Of a stretch of 48,807 nt of DNA, positions 47,279-48,807 are shown piece after piece; the stretch's first letter is position 1, and each line of letters opens with the position of its first letter. Below the pieces are notes generated by a model. It made no database searches and was not told the origin of the DNA. It worked only from the letters and a program-made list of their open reading frames with translations. Both the position numbers and the translations under genes were made by a program. Origin of the DNA: Candidatus Ratteibacteria bacterium (GTDB lineage: Bacteria; Ratteibacteria; UBA8468; B48-G9; DTJG01); contig JBMFLH010000004.1 in NCBI GenBank assembly GCA_049971295.1, forward strand, positions 1-48,807. The letters run 5' to 3'.

Positions 47279-47323
47279 ATGAGAATTAAAGAGTTAGATG
47301 TAGTGTACAAAATTGAACGCTGA
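47279..47323 (+). CDS. Candidate leaderless 14-aa peptide MRIKELDVVYKIER
   Basis: ATG lies 6 nt after the -10 element; its TGA overlaps the radical SAM ATG (TGATG). Confidence 0.45.
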   Translation: MRIKELDVVYKIER

Positions 47324-48807
47324 TGAGTACAAATTCGTTACTTATCTCAATGGCGGGTGTTCCGAAAATCCTATCTGATTTCATCCCTGATAATGGGCTT
47401 GCAATTCTTGCATCCTGCCTGAAAGAAAACAATCACAATTCTAAGATTCTTGATTTCAATACTACTGATACTCTCGAAAAGGTTTTCGAGGGCAAAGCTT
47501 TAAGAGAGATCAAAAATATAGCAGAGAAAGTTTTTATTGAAAAGAAAAAGGTTTCACTTTTTGATGTGATAAAGCTGAGGAAATTATCCTGGCTGCTGGA
47601 AAAACAGTCACAGAAAGTTTTTGATGACATTACTGATGATGTTTGCAGAATGGTAAAAGAAAATCGCATTGATTGGGTTGGAATCAAACTCTGGGCAGGA
47701 GACGGTTTTAGGTATTCTTTGTTTCTTGCTGAAAAACTGAAAAGAAAATGTCCAGGTATCAAGGTATTTGGTGGTGGGCCTCAGGTTGATATATTTCAGG
47801 ATGAGATTTTTAAAATCACAGATCATTTTGATGCTTTGTGTTTTGGAGAGGGTGAAGAAACAATTGTGGCTCTGGCAGATTTTGTGGCAGGGAAAAAGAA
47901 CATTGATAACATTCCTAATATTATATTTAAGAACAATGGGAAGATTATAAAAACCCAGAGGAAATTTATTGAAAATTTGAATGGTCTTCCACTGCCTGAA
48001 TATGGTTCTGATGTGTATTCTGGCATTGGAAATAAGATTAAAATGTTTGTGATTGATGAAAGTCGAGGTTGCAAGAATTACTGCGCTTTCTGTATTCATC
48101 CGGTAAAAAGCGGCAGAATGAGAAAGAAAAATCCTTTAAGAATTGTTGAGGAATTTGAGAAATCTATTTCAAATCACGGAGTACATCTTTTTAGATATGC
48201 TGGCTCTAGTACACCTGCTGATTTACTTGAAGAAAGCGCGAAATGTATACGTGAAAAGAACTTGAAAGTTGCCTATACCTGTTTCGGGCACTTTGAAGAA
48301 ATGAAGGATGTGAATTTTCAACTTGTACGTGGATCTGGATGTGCTTCAATATTTTTTGGTCTTGAGTCTGCCAGTCCAGAAATATTAACAAGAGCGATGC
48401 ATAAGAAAACTTCGCTTCCTGTGGCAGAGTCCGTAATAAAAAAATGTAAGGAAGCAGGTATTTTTACGGTTGTCAGTGTGATATATCCTGCACCTTTTGA
48501 AACTGAAAAGACAAGAAAGGAAACAATGGATTTTCTTTTGAAGGTGAGACCGGATTCTGTGCTGGTACAATTTCCTGGACTTTATCCACAAACGGTCTGG
48601 GGAAAAAATCCTTCTGAATTCAATTTTACAGTTGAGACGGATTCTTATTCTACCAGTGTCATGACGTATCAAATTAAACAATTTTTCCCGCCAAGATACT
48701 GGAAACCTCTTCCATACCGCGTGAATGGAAAAAGTTTTAAGCAATACGCTGCTGAGACAGAAAAATTTCAAAAGGAATTGAATGAGGCAGGTCTTACAAC
48801 TTTTGTT
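47323..48807 (+). CDS. B12-binding domain radical SAM enzyme (3' truncated by the window)
   Basis: Open for 495 codons to the window end. PDNGLAILASCLK, VFGGGPQV and FGEGEET (B12-binding), SRGCKNYCAFC (CxxxCxxC at 48070-48093), FGLESAS. Absent from the ORF track because there is no stop in the window. Confidence 0.9.
   Translation, partial: MSTNSLLISMAGVPKILSDFIPDNGLAILASCLKENNHNSKILDFNTTDTLEKVFEGKALREIKNIAEKVFIEKKKVSLFDVIKLRKLSWLLEKQSQKVFDDITDDVCRMVKENRIDWVGIKLWAGDGFRYSLFLAEKLKRKCPGIKVFGGGPQVDIFQDEIFKITDHFDALCFGEGEETIVALADFVAGKKNIDNIPNIIFKNNGKIIKTQRKFIENLNGLPLPEYGSDVYSGIGNKIKMFVIDESRGCKNYCAFCIHPVKSGRMRKKNPLRIVEEFEKSISNHGVHLFRYAGSSTPADLLEESAKCIREKNLKVAYTCFGHFEEMKDVNFQLVRGSGCASIFFGLESASPEILTRAMHKKTSLPVAESVIKKCKEAGIFTVVSVIYPAPFETEKTRKETMDFLLKVRPDSVLVQFPGLYPQTVWGKNPSEFNFTVETDSYSTSVMTYQIKQFFPPRYWKPLPYRVNGKSFKQYAAETEKFQKELNEAGLTTFV

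Noticed and set aside
47130-47322. Cobalamin riboswitch ahead of the B12 radical SAM gene
   Set aside because: The region is very AT-rich, lacks a B12-box and GC helices, and the predicted transcript starts only 44 nt before the CDS.
469-48771. The many 60-170 aa ORFs overlapping or antisense to the called genes (e.g. 795-1280, 8297-8812, 47608-48099, 48385-48771)
   Set aside because: They lie within well-supported genes and show no recognisable motifs; treated as shadow ORFs.
1-48807. CRISPR arrays, tRNAs, IS elements, integrases, prophage or defence genes
   Set aside because: No regularly spaced repeats, cloverleaf motifs or transposase/integrase motifs were seen; intergenic gaps are mostly too short.

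Overview
A gene-dense, AT-rich bacterial chromosome segment made mostly of core genes. It comes from a diderm, LPS-making organism (kdsA/D/C, lptB, porins). The gene mix suggests a PVC/Omnitrophota-like lineage, but that is inference only. The + strand runs (rimO 3' end)-nusA-infB-HIT-kdsA-kdsD-kdsC-lptA/C-like lipoprotein-spoIID-hpf-ptsN-ptsI-pgi/pmi-metK-ahcY-coaE-rho-guaB3-dnaE-mtnA, followed by a stand-alone 5S rRNA gene with its own promoter. The - strand block is HTH-REC regulator, HD-GYP protein, phoB-phoR, phosphate porin-pstSCAB-phoU, with a Pho-box-like repeat. The + strand resumes with EF-G paralogue-DUF151-yebC-ruvCAB-lptB-uppS-dxr-rseP-ispG-ceramidase-like, then mgtC (-), rpoN (+), a FadL-like porin plus hybrid kinase operon (-) and a B12-binding radical SAM gene that runs off the end. 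No CRISPR array, tRNA or mobile element was seen. The most interesting signals are regulatory: a near-consensus sigma54 promoter with palindromic enhancer-like sites next to rpoN; a leaderless 14-codon uORF coupled (TGATG) to the radical SAM gene; several apparently leaderless genes (mgtC, rpoN, phoB); an orphan 5S rRNA apparently transcribed from its mature 5' end; and a CTG start for ahcY. All calls rest on motif recognition by eye; no searches were run.
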